A DNA stretch of 63,664 bases from Gnetum montanum. Its lineage: Eukaryota; Plantae; Gnetophyta. Each line of letters starts with the position of its first letter. Positions within the stretch are counted from its first letter, which is position 1. Below the pieces are notes generated by a model that worked only from the letters and a program-made list of their open reading frames with translations, ran no database searches and was not told the origin of the DNA. The stretch is taken from contig MNCI01001817.1 of the NCBI GenBank assembly GCA_015680685.1, forward strand, positions 1,083,532 to 1,147,195, written 5' to 3'. The translations under genes were made by a program, and so were the position numbers. This document shows, piece after piece, positions 24,752 through 38,790 of this stretch.

Positions 24752-25877
24752 TATGAACTCAGGGTTGAGGCTATTTTGGCTAAGATTTCTAGCTTTCTAG
24801 CTACCAAGATTTTTAGTTGCTACAAGTTGCTTATGAACCAAAGAGATCAATTGGGCACAGTACTAGAATGATATTCATGGAAAGGTTTCCCTTGCTTGGG
24901 AGGTTTCTGAATAGAAACTGCAAATGGACCTACTAACACGTAAGGCTAGGAAGTAGAGAGACTAATATGCCTAGGTTCTTGAGTGGGGCCACACACAAAA
25001 GGACCACAAGAAGAAGTATAAGGCTAAGTGTGAAGCTTACCTTAAGTGGTTGAAGTAGGAGTCCATTGAATGGTGCATGCTAGAGTTGCTCGTGAGGGGG
25101 ATTCAAAAGGAGGATGTCTTTAAACTCTTTAAAGGCACCTTAACCATGGTTGAATCCCCATCTCCTCAATTCTCTACTACTTCAAGAGAGATGACTACCA
25201 AGACATTTTTATAGGAACCATCGACATGGACATACATTGTTGATAGCAACACCTTGATAGGCATTAATCTTGGGGAGGCAGACTAGGCCCACATGATCGA
25301 GGAATTGATTCTCCATCATTTAAAGGTTGGTCTTGGGAATCTTCCACCAAAAGATGTTGCTCCCGAGCCACCCAAGTTTGCTTATTTCATTGGTTTTAGC
25401 ATATTTTAGTTTAATTTAATTTAATTTTATAGTTTGTGATTCAATTTTATACTTTGTTGATTATTAGTTAACTTATGTTTTGTTGTGGTATAGGTACTAA
25501 TTAACACTGATAGCCCCAACAGAGAAGGTGGAAGTGCTCCTCAACCCCCTCTAACATCCTCTTAGTACCATCTATGATCTTTTTTCTATGGTTATTTGAT
25601 TGCTTTTAGTTGTTGACATTGTTGATGATGTATTAGCTAGTGTTAACCATTTGATTAGTTGATAGACAATTTATTATTTGGAATTTCATGGTTACTACAT
25701 TGTAGACATTGGATACTTATTATTTATAAATTTTAATTTGGTTCATATGTTTCTAAAACTTTAATGTTTCATATACGTTTAATGTTCTACATTTTGTTTA
25801 TGTCATAGGCTATGCTGATTAACTTATGAAAAATGACCATAATGTAAACTAGGTTGTAACAATTATAAGAGGTTTAC

Positions 25878-26210
25878 GAGTTTTAGGCCATGACAATCCA
25901 TATGGTGTTTTGGTAGTTTTAGGTCATGGTGAGCCCTATGATTTGCCAATTTTATGCCATGGTGAGCCATGCGATGTTTTAGGCAATGGCAAGGCATGCG
26001 ATGTTTTTCCAATTTTAGGCCATGGTGGGCCATGCGATGTTTTTCCAATTTTAGGCCATGGTGGGCCATATAGTATTTTGCTAGTTTTAGGCCATGGTAG
26101 GCCCTACAATTTTCCAATTTTAGGCCATGGAATGCTATGCAATGTTTTGTCAATTTTAGGCCATTGTGGACCATATAATGTTTGCCAGTTTTAGGCCATG
26201 ATGGGCTCTA
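25878..26210. repeat. 36 bp tandem repeat CCAATTTTAGGCCATGGTGGGCCATGCGATGTTTT
   Basis: About 10 units; same position relative to protease and cargo gene as the 11178-11305 repeat. Confidence 0.9.
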
Positions 26211-26589
26211 CATTTTAAAAGAAAACTTTCTATCGATTTTTTTATGTTTTTAAAATTTTTATAAGTTTTTTAGGTTTTAAAAATTTTATCATATTTTTAT
26301 AGTTTATGTTCTAAGGTAAAAAGGCACAAAAGGCAAAACAAGAGTAAACCTTAGGCTACATGCAAAGTGAAGGTTAAAACAAAGGTAAACAAAACAATGC
26401 ATAAAAAATGTTAACTAGGCTATCAAAGGTTATAGACAAAAATGGCTATATGGTCACAAGTGTAAGGGCAAGTGAATCAAGAGAATAGATCAATTATGCA
26501 AGTGTTTTCTAATCTTTGACAAAAATGTGTATGGCCTGCTTTACATAATTTTTTATTTTTCATTTCCTTCACTCACAACATTAAAGTGG

Positions 26590-29110
26590 AGCTCTTCCCA
26601 TGGTGCATCCCTGGGACCATCGTTGTTGGTCTTGGTCACTTTTGCTTTCTTGGGCTTCTTAACTTTGTGGTCAACAGTACCAATTTCTTTCTAAAACTCT
26701 ACTTCAGACCCTCGCTCAATGTTAACATTGTTGATCACCAAGGGAATTGCATTATCATCATGGATGATGATTTCACCTCCCTCGTAAGGCAAGTGCATCT
26801 CTTAATGGATTGGTGAGGAAATTGCATGTAATTGAGATAACCAAGGTCTTTCCAAGATAAGGTTCATTCTTGATATTTCTTCCACCACCAAGAAATTGAC
26901 TATTGTGGGGAATTGCTCCCCTACCACAAAGTCTAAAGAAGTTGTGTCTTTTATAGTTACTCAAGATCCATTGAAATACTTAAGAGTGATTGTTGTGATA
27001 TGTTGCATTTACTTGGTTAGGCCTAAACATTCCACAATTGTGTAGGATATTATGTTTGTTATGGCTCCATCATCAACCTGCACTATATACACCTTGTATT
27101 GTCCTACCATAATGATTATGAATAGGGAAGCCTTAGTTGTCTCACCATCTTGGGGATTGGTTTTGACTTTGCTATCATGAAACACTAGCACCATTGACCT
27201 CATTTCTTCCTTTGGTGAAAAAGGTAGCATTACTACATTTATGAACTTTTCACTAGTAGGGATATCCTCACTAATAGGAATAAAGGTCAACATCTCGACT
27301 AATGTCTTGCTGTGTGTAGTGGAATTCATCACAAGGTCATGCAAGCTAAGAGAAGTATTTTTTTTGTTTTAGCGATTGTTTGAATTGTTCCATCACATTG
27401 AGGAAGTCTTTTTCATTGGTTTTAGGCATTTTGTTTTTAGTGTTCTTGACTTCCTCCATGCATCCCAAAATGTAAAATTTGTGCTTCAATGATTGTTTGG
27501 CTTCTTTTCCCTTTCCCTATGACTTGGGATTCTCCCATGGTTGACTAGTTAATGTAGCCTAAGCATTGGAACTCATCAGGATAGATGAGATGGAGGTGGG
27601 CTTTGATGAGCCCACTTCCTTCCATGTATTGACCTATTTATTGTTGTTGTTATTTGGCTTTAACATGAGCTTCTTACATTGTTTTCTTGATGATTTTTTA
27701 TTTTTTATTGATTGGTTGCAAAAAAGTCATTGCATTGGCCAGTAAAGGAGGACACTTATCAATTGTAGGGGCAAGTTTGGTTTTGGCTTTGGTGGGAGGG
27801 GGCACCTTGATCACAAAAGGATCCTTGAAAGGCATAGGTGATGGTACCCTTACAAAAAAGAGGACCTTGAGCTAGTTGAAGCTGAAGGACCCTTGTCATT
27901 GCTAGGAGGTACCTGTATCACAAATAGCTCCTACACAAGTCTAGTTTTGTTCGTCACATTGAATGTCACTATGGTGTATGGACTATTGTTGGCATTCAAT
28001 GTTGTAGACTTACATGGATTAATTTTGTGGTTTGGTTGGATTTGAGGCATCAAGGACCAATTCATCCTTTTCTATCATCTTCTGTAGGTCATCTTTTAAG
28101 TGCTCAACAAAAGTCAATGTTAAGACCTAGCAATTAATGATAGTGGAAAACATGATCAAGTTTGAAGTATTTAGGTATCAGGGGCTATCCTTGGTTGCAA
28201 GAGTGGAAATTTTGACTATCTCACATAGCTTGTCATGCCTTTGATAGGCATTTTTTATCATCTATTTGTACTAAAATCTCCCACTATTCAATAGTTGATC
28301 AAAGAATTTTGATAATTTTAATGATAGCTTACTATACTTTGATTGGTCTTTCCATTCAAATTTTGACCTCATGGTGTTTAATGTAGAGGCCTTAGAAGTT
28401 GAAGATTGATTGTTGTTGATAGGATCCTTGGATTGATTGGTCTTATGCCCCTTCATGGATGTTTTGTTATTGTCTTTGGCCACTATGATCACAGTTGTGT
28501 TGTTTAGTCTTCCCTTCTTCCTATTCTTCCATGTGTGTTGGTTCTTGAATGTCATGTAGGCAAGATCATGATTAGCCTCGGTCACATTCTCTATGTTCTT
28601 CATCTAGGAAAAGGCTTGCCTTAGTGACTATGGGTCTAGGTAGTATAGTTTTGACTTAATAAAGTGATTCACTACCCCCTTGAAGATAGCTAGAAGGTGT
28701 GTTTTGGCTATCGATTCTAGAATCTTATTTAGCAGAGTATTCCATTGTTGTATAAATTTTTGTATAGGTTCAAGGGATCCCTACTTGACCTTCATTAGCT
28801 AGTCAAGAGTCATATTGGATTTTAATTTTTACTTGAAATGGTTAAAAAAAATATGAAATTAAGTGTTCCAATAAGGATATAGATCCTTTTGGAAATGCAC
28901 AGTACCAATCCAAGACTCTTCTACTTAGGGATATAAGGAAGATCTGCATGATGGTATGTAGCCAAGCTTGCAATCATAATAGAATGTTATGAGGTGGGAA
29001 TTTGAGTCACCTTCACCATTGTACTTGGTGAATTTAGAAATGGGGATGCCTCGTGGAAGAGTTATTGGTGGGATAGTAGGACTAATGGGATCATCTTAGT
29101 AGAAGTTCAT
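26590..29110 (-). pseudogene. gag: gag-protease of element 2
   Basis: LFIIIMVGQYKVYIVQVDDGAITNII; KYNGEGD-type gag start near 29030; KFEWKDQSKYSKL; colinear with element 1. Confidence 0.8.
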
Positions 29111-29446
29111 TATCTTGACTATCTAGCTTGTGGAAGCTTTGAGCTTCTGTAACTCTTCTATCAAGTCCTAGATCATCTGAAATGCTTGATCAAATCCTTA
29201 GGAAATTCCTGTGGGCTACAGTGTTTGTACAAATGGTTAAGGGGTTAATTGAGAGGCTTGTGGCCTCACAATGGACTGTGGCCTAGAGGGGAAAGGTAGT
29301 GTTATGATGGTCATAGGTGGGCTAAACAAGGAGAAGGATGTTTGTGCCAATACTTGAGGCACAAAGAGGATAAAGGGTGTTTGTGTCCCCTGGGTCACTT
29401 GTGAGCCAACTATGGGGCCCAGTGATATAGAAAAGGGATGTGTGGT

Positions 29447-32400
29447 TGTGACTATCTTAGCTTATTATTTTAGTTGATTAGCTTTTCCTATTTTGTCTAG
29501 TTTTGATATCACATAGTTACACATGAATGAATTACTAGTTTTGGAATAGGCTATATTCTTTATGAAATGGAGGTTTGGCTTATTTCTATTATTCTGATTG
29601 GATGGAATAGCTCTTTTAAGTGTCAATTCTTAATTAGTTTAATGCAAAGATATTGTTATCTTTGTGGAATTCCAAGCTTTATGAATAATTCTTTTTTTTT
29701 CTTAGTCTCTCACTCTAGTTAGTAAAGCTATTGTGATTTTGCATTAGGAAGTTAGCTAGTAGATAGCTCAAAATTTAAGATTAACATTTTCTATAATTTT
29801 TTTTTCATTTACTATATGTGTATGTTACAATTTTCAAGACTAGACTTATAGGAGAGCTATATATTTTCTTGATCCATGTTAAGAGGTAGCTAAAAATAGA
29901 TGATTAATTATATACAAAATAGCATATCCCTTAAATTGATTTCTTATATCATAAATAGGTTTTTTATTATTATTTGCAATTAGTTACATAAGCTCATTTA
30001 CCAATAGGGGCTATTTGGAGACATCCATGCCTTAGTGGTACCAGAGATCAACAATCATCTAAAACGAGTTTAATCATAAAGTCATTGTTCTATGGTAGAG
30101 TCATTTACAATTCTACTACAACATCTTTAACCGGTGCTAAAAGGAGGGGTAATCTTGCTAGTACGACCTTTCCTTTTTACTGTAGAAGTAGGCTATAAAA
30201 CTGGTTAAACAAATTTTATCTTCAACAGAAATAGAGATATAAGAATTTTAGTAAAACATTAACCTCATAGTGATGAATCTTTGAGAGTATGATATGCTTC
30301 TTAAGATTCTCTTTGTAGGAAAGAATTTATAATCCAAGAAAGCAAGAGGTAATTTAAGCCTAATCTTATAAATTTTCAAGAAGTTCAAGAGGCTATACAA
30401 GGCTATACAAGGTTATGGATGTTACATGATTTCAATGCATAATATAGTTAGGAAAGGGGTGGAGAAAATTCTAGTGATTCAAGATTTCTTAGATGTATTT
30501 AAGAAGGGACTCCCTATGTTACCTCTTATTAGATACATTGAGTTTATGATCACTCTAAATATTGAAACCTAAGAAATTCTAAGGTTCTTCATAGGATGTC
30601 TCTTTTGGAGTTAAAAAATTTTAAGATACAAATTCAAGAATTAATATACAAGGATATGATTTGATCAAGTATTTTACCTTGGGATGATTCAATGCTTTTT
30701 GTTAAGAAGAAGGATGATAATCTAACGTTATGTAATGATTATAGATAGTTGAATCAGGTTACAATCAGAAATTAGTATCCTCTACCCAATATTGATGAAT
30801 TCTTCTACCAATTGAGAGAAGCTAAGATGCTTTATATGATAGATTTAAAATCTAGATATTATCAACTTAAGATGAAGTAGGTGTATTTACCTAAGATAAC
30901 TTTCAAAAGAAGATATGTATCTGAGTGGATAGAGTGGAAGGTAAGCTTGACATTAGCAAAAAATGATGAGTGGTCCTAGATTGAATAGAAAATTCTAAGG
31001 AAAAATATAGACTTATCACTAGACATCATTGGATTGATGCCTTGGAGTGACTAGAAATTTCTTCTTTATTACTAGACATCATGGGTTTGGTAACTAGTAA
31101 GATGATATTTCATTCTTATATTTTCATGTACCATGAGACATTGCCAAATTGATGGAAATTGACCTATTCTTTATTGCCTAATTATCATTAAATTAATAGC
31201 TTATAGTGACTAGAAAATCCTTTTTTAATGCATCTCATCACTAGAGCTACAACCATTGATATTTAAAATCTATCACTAGACATTATTGGATATTAATTTA
31301 GTGATAAGGCTTGGGTTTCATAAATTTTATTAGTGTTGGAAATCACTAGGGTGATATGAAATCAATATGCAGATAAACTCAATCCTTAATAAATTTAAAT
31401 ATGTTTAGGTACAACTAGATAAGGGTGACTAAAATCTTTATCAGAGGATAAATAACATTGTCATGCAAGCTATATTTAAATAATTCTATACAAAAATTGA
31501 GCAAACATGGCATCATAAAATATGGATAGGCAACTTGACATTGAATTAGACATTACATGGGCATGCAAAGATGAATAACATATCTAGATCTACTTTACAT
31601 ATCATGGAATAAACATAGGCTTAAACATTCTTGATATTGAAGGCCAAATTAAAAATTTAACTCATCAATAACATAGGACTTAAACATGAATTTGGATGAC
31701 CATCCATTCTAAAACATAGAGTTTAACTATAATTACCTCATAAATTCTATAAAAATCCTCCACAAACTCCCATCTACTTTATAGAGGAGAAAGCATGAAC
31801 AAAACTCATAAAGTAAGGGGCTCTTAAGCCTACATTCATGTCTTCAAATATTTTCATTAAAATAATTCATAATAATAATTAAGGTTTAAGAATAAGACAT
31901 AAAGCATAATACCAAACTAAAATTTAGCATCTCATTGGATGCATGAAAGGGCCTCCTCCTTCTTCAATCTTTGTGAACAAATTTGTAAGAAAGGATTAGT
32001 AAGAATTTGAGAAATTTATGGGAAAAGTAAGAGAAAAACTTATGAGAATATAGGCTTGCAAAAGTCATGATGGGAGAGCTTAATTATGATATTTTTGGCT
32101 GCAAGCAGAGGAAATTGGGTACCTACACTAATATATTGACAACCACTCAAACGAATAGAATATGGAGTAAGATAGGAGAATGAAAGGCTTTACTTCATTC
32201 ATCTTGAGAATATTATTGGTCCATTGTACATTTCGTTGAGGCTTATGCCCCTTTATATAGCTTGAGGAGTGGCAAGAATTTGCAACTACTCTTCATGTGG
32301 AATAAACTTTTCTCCTATTTCCTCTTTTTGTTTATCATAAGAAAAGCTATTCTAAGGTTTTCTACCTATTTTTCTTGGTTTTTTTTAGTGTTCTTTGAAT

Positions 32401-32990
32401 ACATAAAACTTCTAACATCTACTTGACTTTAAACATGAAGGAAAAACAAAAACAAAGTTTGGGAATTGCCCAAATATCATGATAATATGAATATTATAAG
32501 TTCATGGCTATGTTCTTTAGACTCAATAAAGTTCCTAAAATTTTTATACATTTGATGAATAATGTATTATGTCAATACTTAGATCAATTTGTTATTATCT
32601 TTATTCATGACATTTTGATTTACTCTAAAGATGGGAAGAAACATAAGGAGCACTTGAGAACAATATTGTAAGATTTGAAAAAGTAATAACTCTTTGCTCA
32701 TGCTTCTAAGTGTATCTTCTAGAAGAAAGATATTTAGTGTTTTGATCATATAAGATCAAGAGAAGAAATAGTAGTGGATCCTTTGAAAATATTAATAATT
32801 AAATATTAGTCCAATTTAACCTTAGTGAATGAAATGAAAAGCTTCTTAGGATTGATAGGATACTATTGAAGATTTGTAAAAGACATTTCTATGATAGCAA
32901 TACTTCTACATATGTTGCTAAGGAGATATCTTGTTTTCTCTTAGAGAAATACATGTCATAAAGATTTTGATGAACTAATAAAGAAATTAA
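29447..32990 (+). mobile_element. Highly decayed chromovirus-like gypsy fragment with RT remnants
   Basis: PBS-like TGGTACCAGAGA at 30036; RT motifs PW..MLFVKKKD..L.LC.DYR.LN..YPLP.ID (30480-30917) continuing as YKFM.MFF.L..YLDQFVIIFIHDILIYS (32490-32990). Confidence 0.7.
30918..32484. mobile_element. Solo LTR (1567 bp) inserted in the RT
   Basis: 5-bp TSD ATATG at 30913-30917 and 32485-32489; termini TATC...GATA (decayed TGTC...GACA); the RT reads through when it is removed. Confidence 0.75.
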
Positions 32991-33246
32991 TGTAACATCC
33001 TATCCTTAGATATTCTTATCCCTTGACATGTTATTTTATTTGAATTCTTGATGTGTTGATTTCTTAGCTAATGTCCTATGCTTTGATATCCCATTTGATG
33101 TACCCTATGCTTGTGCTATAGTTGTTGAGCTATATGTATTGTAATTATCTTTATTAGGTTATTTTTGATATTTTTAATAAATTTTATTATTATTATTATT
33201 ATAGTATTTTTTGCTTCATTAATTTAGCATATGCACAATAACCCCT

Positions 33247-34638
33247 TGTTAAGTTTAGGATCTATAATAAGTAATCTTATGGCTAGACAAGATAAGAATG
33301 GAACCTCACTTGAAAATTGATGATAAAAAATGTAAAATAAAGGGAGTATTTAAGATACATGAAACTACACATCCAAAAGTCAAACCATTGTATCTATATC
33401 AAATAACAAGTAATATAACTTTAACTACCATTAGTTAAGATAAACAAATTGAGCACTTTATTGTAACACTGCAATGATACCACTATATAAACACCATGAC
33501 AATGTACATTGATGGTGATAACCAAGAATAGTATTATAATAAACCAAAATAAGAAAATTAAAATGAATATTTTAGATATCCTTAACATCCTCCATCAGAT
33601 GAAGTAGCATTTTTATTATAAACATTGTATGTTTAGTCCATTTACAAAATGTTTGAAATTTTTAATAGCTAATGGTTTCTTAAAATTGTTAACAATTTAA
33701 TTATTTGTATTAACAGAAACTTGAGAGAAATTCTTTAACAAAGACATGATGGATGTAATGCATGATAAACTTAATGTTCTTTGTCCTCTCATGAAAAACA
33801 AGATTCTTAATCAATTTAATTGTACTTTGATTTTCACAAAAAATTGTGATTGGACAAGAAATATATTACTTGAATTCTTGGAATAATTAATGAAGCTACT
33901 TTAAGTCAGTAACAAGATTTACTCTAGTCCTATATTTAGATTTTATGAAAGATAGTAAGACTGTCTTTTATTTGGTTGATCATCATAAAATTATATTTTC
34001 ATGATATTTGATAAGAAAATAGTGGTAAAATACCATGAAAATGCATCATCTTTATAGTCTACATCTATATAGCCTTCTAAATTAATTGTAAAAGTACAAA
34101 AAATTATTCTATAATCAACTGTGCTATTTAGATATTTTAATATACTAATGGCTAAAGATAATTCCATGTTTGTTGGTTTTTATTGAATTTGGATAATAAA
34201 TTCATTAAATAACATATATCTAATCAAGTATTCATTAAGAAAATTAACGTTCCAAATAATTTTTAGGTACACCTTGGGATCAAGAGTAGGTTTCAAATGA
34301 TCAATTCATTATGCACTTCCTAAGTCGAGTAGTTTTTATCTTGGTTTATAATCCATCTTATAATATTCCTTTAATAAATCAAAGATATATTTTTTCTAGG
34401 TCATTCTTATTTGGTTAATGATTGATGTATCTCAAAACCAAGGAACTAATTCAGTTGGCATACATTTTACATCTTAAATTTATTTTCAATTGATTTTTAA
34501 CTTGGTTAATTAGCTAACCATTCTTCTCATTAATTACAATATGGTCAACATATAATAATATGATCACTACCTTCTACTAGTCTTTTATTTTCATAATGTA
34601 AAGAATAACATCTACATTAGATCATTTAAATCTTAAAT
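33247..34638 (-). mobile_element. Decayed Ty1/copia 3' fragment (RT/RNase H, PPT, LTR 33247-33587)
   Basis: Minus strand ITIFCENQSTIKLIKNLVFHERTKNI (copia RNase H); LTR termini TGTTAAG...CTTAACA. Confidence 0.75.
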
Positions 34639-36316
34639 TGTAACATCCCATTCCTTGTTAAGGATGAAATTGTATTAATAATCATGTAATTAACTTTTGA
34701 AAGAAGGGTTACCTCATTATGAGGAGTTGTAACTATTCATGGTACCCCCTTGGGGAAGGGTTTGATTTGTGACATTTAAGACTAGGCTTAGAGGCTGTAT
34801 CAACATGATGGAGCAGAGCTAGATTGGCAAGTAATGAGAGCTAGGTAAAGTAGGACAAGAAGGGATTAATCACCCCTTTGATCTAATGACCTAACCATGG
34901 TGGTAGTGTTGGATTGCCTCTAAGGTCCTAAGTGTCATAGGAAGATAACCCATGATCATTAATAGTGTACCCAACAATCCCATTAATAAAGTTTTCATTT
35001 GTTATTTTCCCTTTCAATTCCATGTTCATTCATCATTATTTTTTAAGTTGAGTGATCTAAATTATTTTCACATAATATGATGGAATTATGCAATGAACAA
35101 TTATATTGATCAAGATCTAAAAATGGGATATCATATTTGGTATTGGAGCAAACCATGATTTAGAAGCCAAAGTAGAAGAAAAAGGGGAAATTTTATTAAA
35201 GATTTATTATTAATATAAGAAGATGATACATTAAGAAGAGGAAATATGGAAAGAGTGGACATAGAGGAAATCAAGCATCCAATTTATAAAATTGGAGGAG
35301 ATCATTGACAAATTTGGATTAGGCCTCACGTTCTTCCTTGGTGACATCATTTGAGTACATCCCAGTATCCAATCAAATCATCATAAAGTTTCCTATTATA
35401 TTTTGTGATAATTTTGGTAGCATCCTTTGCTTGGTTAGCCTTCACAAATTCATATTCCAATAGGTTTACTTGAAGGATCTATTGTGTCACCTCCTCCTAC
35501 CATTTCTTCTCTTTCCTATGTATGCATAAGATCAAGGTTGTAAGTATAAAAAAAGAGAGAAAAAAGAAAGAAAGAAACAAATAATATAGATTCATTACTT
35601 ATGCAAAGCTAATCATTTTCAATTTTAAGTATTCACTCATGATTCAATAAGTGTCAAGCTAAGCAAGTAGTACTTTCTAGTTCCCCTAAGTTTTGTTCAA
35701 GATTTTTAGTGACCTTTGGAGCCCTATCAAGGATGGCATGAAAAGCTAATGAACCACTAGCCTACAGAAACTCATAATCACTTTTAAAGTCATAGAATTT
35801 GAACTCTCTTAAGTGATATAACTTCTCAAGAATAGAGTGGGGGATATTATTTGCAATACAATCACTAAGAGTATGAAGAAGAACAAGTTCCTCTTTTGCA
35901 ATAGCCATCATCTATTAGAAGGAGTAGGATGAATCCTTGATGGTAATTAGAAAAAACATGCTAACAAAAAGAGATCCAAAAATATAGAATGCTGATATGA
36001 TCTATGGACCACCATGTAGCATAAAATCCTTCACTAGAGTCACCCACAAAGACTACACTCAAGGAGATTTTGGAGGTGGGATCATAGTATGTACAGAACT
36101 AGACTCACATAGAGAATCCCTCTTCAACTCTTGGATAAAGTACCCTTAATCCAATGACACTTGTAATAAAAAAGTAAAAATAATATAAGGAAACAAAGAG
36201 ATAACTGTTAGTTAAGTTACCTCTAACTCTTTTCCTTTTTCTTTTTGCCTACCACTTAAAACCTTTCTACCAAAATCTTGTTCGATGCATTGTTTCAAAT
36301 CAAAAATCAAAATTTG

Positions 36317-36349
<33 letters not shown>

Positions 36350-36529
36350 TTGATGATAAACCTTGGAACTAAGTTCTATTACTACCACATCATCTTGTCT
36401 TGGAGTTGTTTTCTTATCACCTCCCATTGACTCAATCTACAACCTAGAGTGCACTATTACATAAATACCCTAAAGATAAATAATCAATAAATAATAAAAA
36501 TATAAATCAAAATCAAAATTTTCTACCTC

Positions 36530-37460
36530 ATCAAACCCCTCTAGATTGTGGCCCTATATGAAAGCTTCTTGATCTTTTTTGGAACTTGCAATTCAAGTCC
36601 TAACAACTTTCTATTTTTAAGGAACTTTGAGTATAGATGAGGATTGTACTAACAAAGGATATTTGTGGAATAATCATAACTTAATATTAAGGTAATAATT
36701 AAGGGTACATAACATATGGTATAATGTTTTGTAGGGTTTCTTTTAGTGTGGTTGCAAGCTCCATGACAAGGAATAAAGTAGAAAAATAAGAGAAGGACCA
36801 ATCATAAACCCTATGAGTTTTGGCACCATGAAGTAGGTAGATTGTGTAAGAATTAATATGGGAAGATTAGGCATTTCACAAAACCTTATTATTTATAAAC
36901 GTACATACTTGAAAATTAATTTTTTCATTAAAATCGACTTCATAAAACTCCTTTTGAATAAGAGTAGAATGAGAAAGATAATTAACCATTTTTCTTTAAT
37001 AAAAAGTTTTAAATTTTATTGATTGTATGCCAGGTTCAAAAGGATTTTCTCTAGTTTAAAAGCCAAAAATATATTGAATATTAGTAGCAGTAATCACTAG
37101 ACTTCCAAAAGTCATTCTTGAAAGAGAACCTTCCCAAAGACTATAAATATTACACCAATTTATTATGAGGTTCTTGCAGGAATTAGTCTTTAAAATGGAA
37201 AAAACTAGCAACTCTAATAATCTAAAAGTTTTAACATATTCAAGACCTTTAATATCTAATAAAATATGAACTAGTTCAATAGCATCAATTATACTATTTA
37301 GATATAAAATAATAGAAATAGATGCATGGGTACCTAAGGTGGTGGGAAAGCTTGACCAAGACACTTTGGAAGAGTCATGCCACAATTTGCTATGCTAAAG
37401 AAATCTCTCTACAACTACTATGTAAAAAGGATTGATTTGAAAAGAATGGATAAAAAGACA
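36530..37460 (-). pseudogene. Possible plant-mobile-domain-like ORF remnant, antisense within the element 3 leader
   Basis: WCNIYSLWEGSLSRMTFGSLVITATNIQYIFGF and downstream RVYDWSFSYF resemble the PMD IT..DV..I.GL and Y.W motifs. Confidence 0.35.
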
Positions 37461-37854
37461 CCATTTCCATCAATTTATAGAGAAAATCTAAGAACCCTAT
37501 TAATAGTTGAAGTTATCAATGACTAGAAAAAACTATAGTTACAACCTATGTTAATATGTAATTAATTATTAATAAATTTTTCATTGATAATTAATTTTCT
37601 AAATTTAACAATTGATAGGTTTAGTAAATTAGAGTTATCATGATTCTACCACATAGCGTTCTTCAAGATGATTTTAACAATACTAATTTCATCGAAATCT
37701 AACTTATGATTTGTGAGGTATCTCATTTCTCACTAAGCATGTTGTTAATTAAAATTTATAATTTTTAAATTTAGAAAATTGAACGTTAAATTTAATTATT
37801 ATTTCATTAAATTTAATTTTTTTTATTTTAAATTTTTACTTTAAAAAATAATTG

Positions 37855-37932
37855 AGGTTGGGAGTCAAATCCATAACCTTGTCATTACAAAGCCTAACTC
37901 TTACCCTCTTTTAGGCTAACCACTTGTGCAAC
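37855..37932 (-). other. tRNA-like/SINE-like Pol III box A and box B remnant
   Basis: Minus strand TTGCACAAGTGG (box A-like) and GATTTGACTCC (decayed box B). Confidence 0.4.
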
Positions 37933-38264
37933 TTAATAGGTTGAATTGGATCATAAACTTATTAATATTTAAATATTAATAATTAAAATTTAATTTTAAT
38001 TATAAAAAATCTATCTAAGCCACAAGACAAGCTGCTAGTAATTATTCTGGTTGGCCGGCTATTTAGTAGCACAGCTGGCCATCACAGTTGGCCAACTAAG
38101 TCGTAGTGCTGCAAGTTCTAGCATGGCTACTACTAGGGAAGCGCAGCCATCCTTCATGTAGCTACTAAAGACTAACCATCTTATAGCCATCATGCACCAT
38201 CCTACGTCATCCTCACCACCTATCCCTTCCTTCCCTTATAGCCCTTCTTGATTTTTTTGTGGTA

Positions 38265-38640
38265 TTTCTTCTTGTCAATGGATATTGTCAACACCATAAA
38301 ATCCTACCTCCCGTGGAGCTCTAATGAACATTATCAATGTTGTAAAATCTTTCTTTATCTAGATCTTTGATGGAAACTATAAGTACCATAACATCTTGCC
38401 TCCCTTGGAGCATTGATGAACATCACTAGTACCATATAATCCTACCTTCCCTAAAGTGCTAATGAATACCATTGATGCTATAAAATCCTACCTTTCCCTG
38501 AACCAATAGACATTGTTGTCATTGTAAAATTCTCCTTCCCCCTAAGAATTAATGAACATTTCTGACATCATAAAATCCTACCTTTCCCAAAGCATTGATA
38601 AACATTGTTAGTGTCACCATCCTACCTTCTTAGTAAACTT
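38265..38640. repeat. ~60 bp degenerate tandem repeat (CCATAAAATCCTACCTTCCC..GATGAACATT)
   Basis: Six to seven recognisable units. Confidence 0.75.
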
Positions 38641-38790
38641 TTTCATCAATTGACAAAAAATTTCCAATTTTTTATCAATTGATGGAATCTTCAAACACAT
38701 CAAACATAGGCTAAAATTCAAATTTAAAAACACAAAGAAAATTTTCAAAAAAAAAAATTACATGTGTTGATAAGAACTAAGATAAAAATT

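Larger units (their letters stand above)
18940..25565 (+). pseudogene. Decayed homolog of the antisense cargo gene in element 2
   Basis: Exon 20087-20510 LKPILVVIELVGLLCC..LWFWPRAQELLAFLL*NFSVMIWS..YNANNILLV..NPSNT with the same splice sites; ORF 21599 QFNWVGHLVFGLHGEILKLH..HYAFF; WDP exon at ~22776; terminal exons ~25200-25565. The first exon is tentative. Confidence 0.8.
17123..29446 (-). mobile_element. Element 2: older, decayed Tat relative of element 1 (gag, protease and antisense cargo gene; RT side lies beyond element 1, outside the window if present)
   Basis: gag and protease remnants 26590-29110 colinear with element 1; homologous antisense gene; related tandem repeat. Confidence 0.85.

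Noticed and set aside
23060-24812. 10 bp direct repeat ACCAAGATTT as a Mutator-like TSD
   Set aside because: Exon homology resumes ~50 bp before the second copy and no TIRs adjoin it
25863-26194. HHGLKL repeat ORFs
   Set aside because: Product of the 36 bp tandem repeat, open on both strands
33290-33560. PHD-like WYHC motif on the minus strand
   Set aside because: Lies within a copia LTR, has stops and lacks correct Cys spacing
36322-36348. (TATG)n microsatellite
   Set aside because: Ordinary short simple repeat
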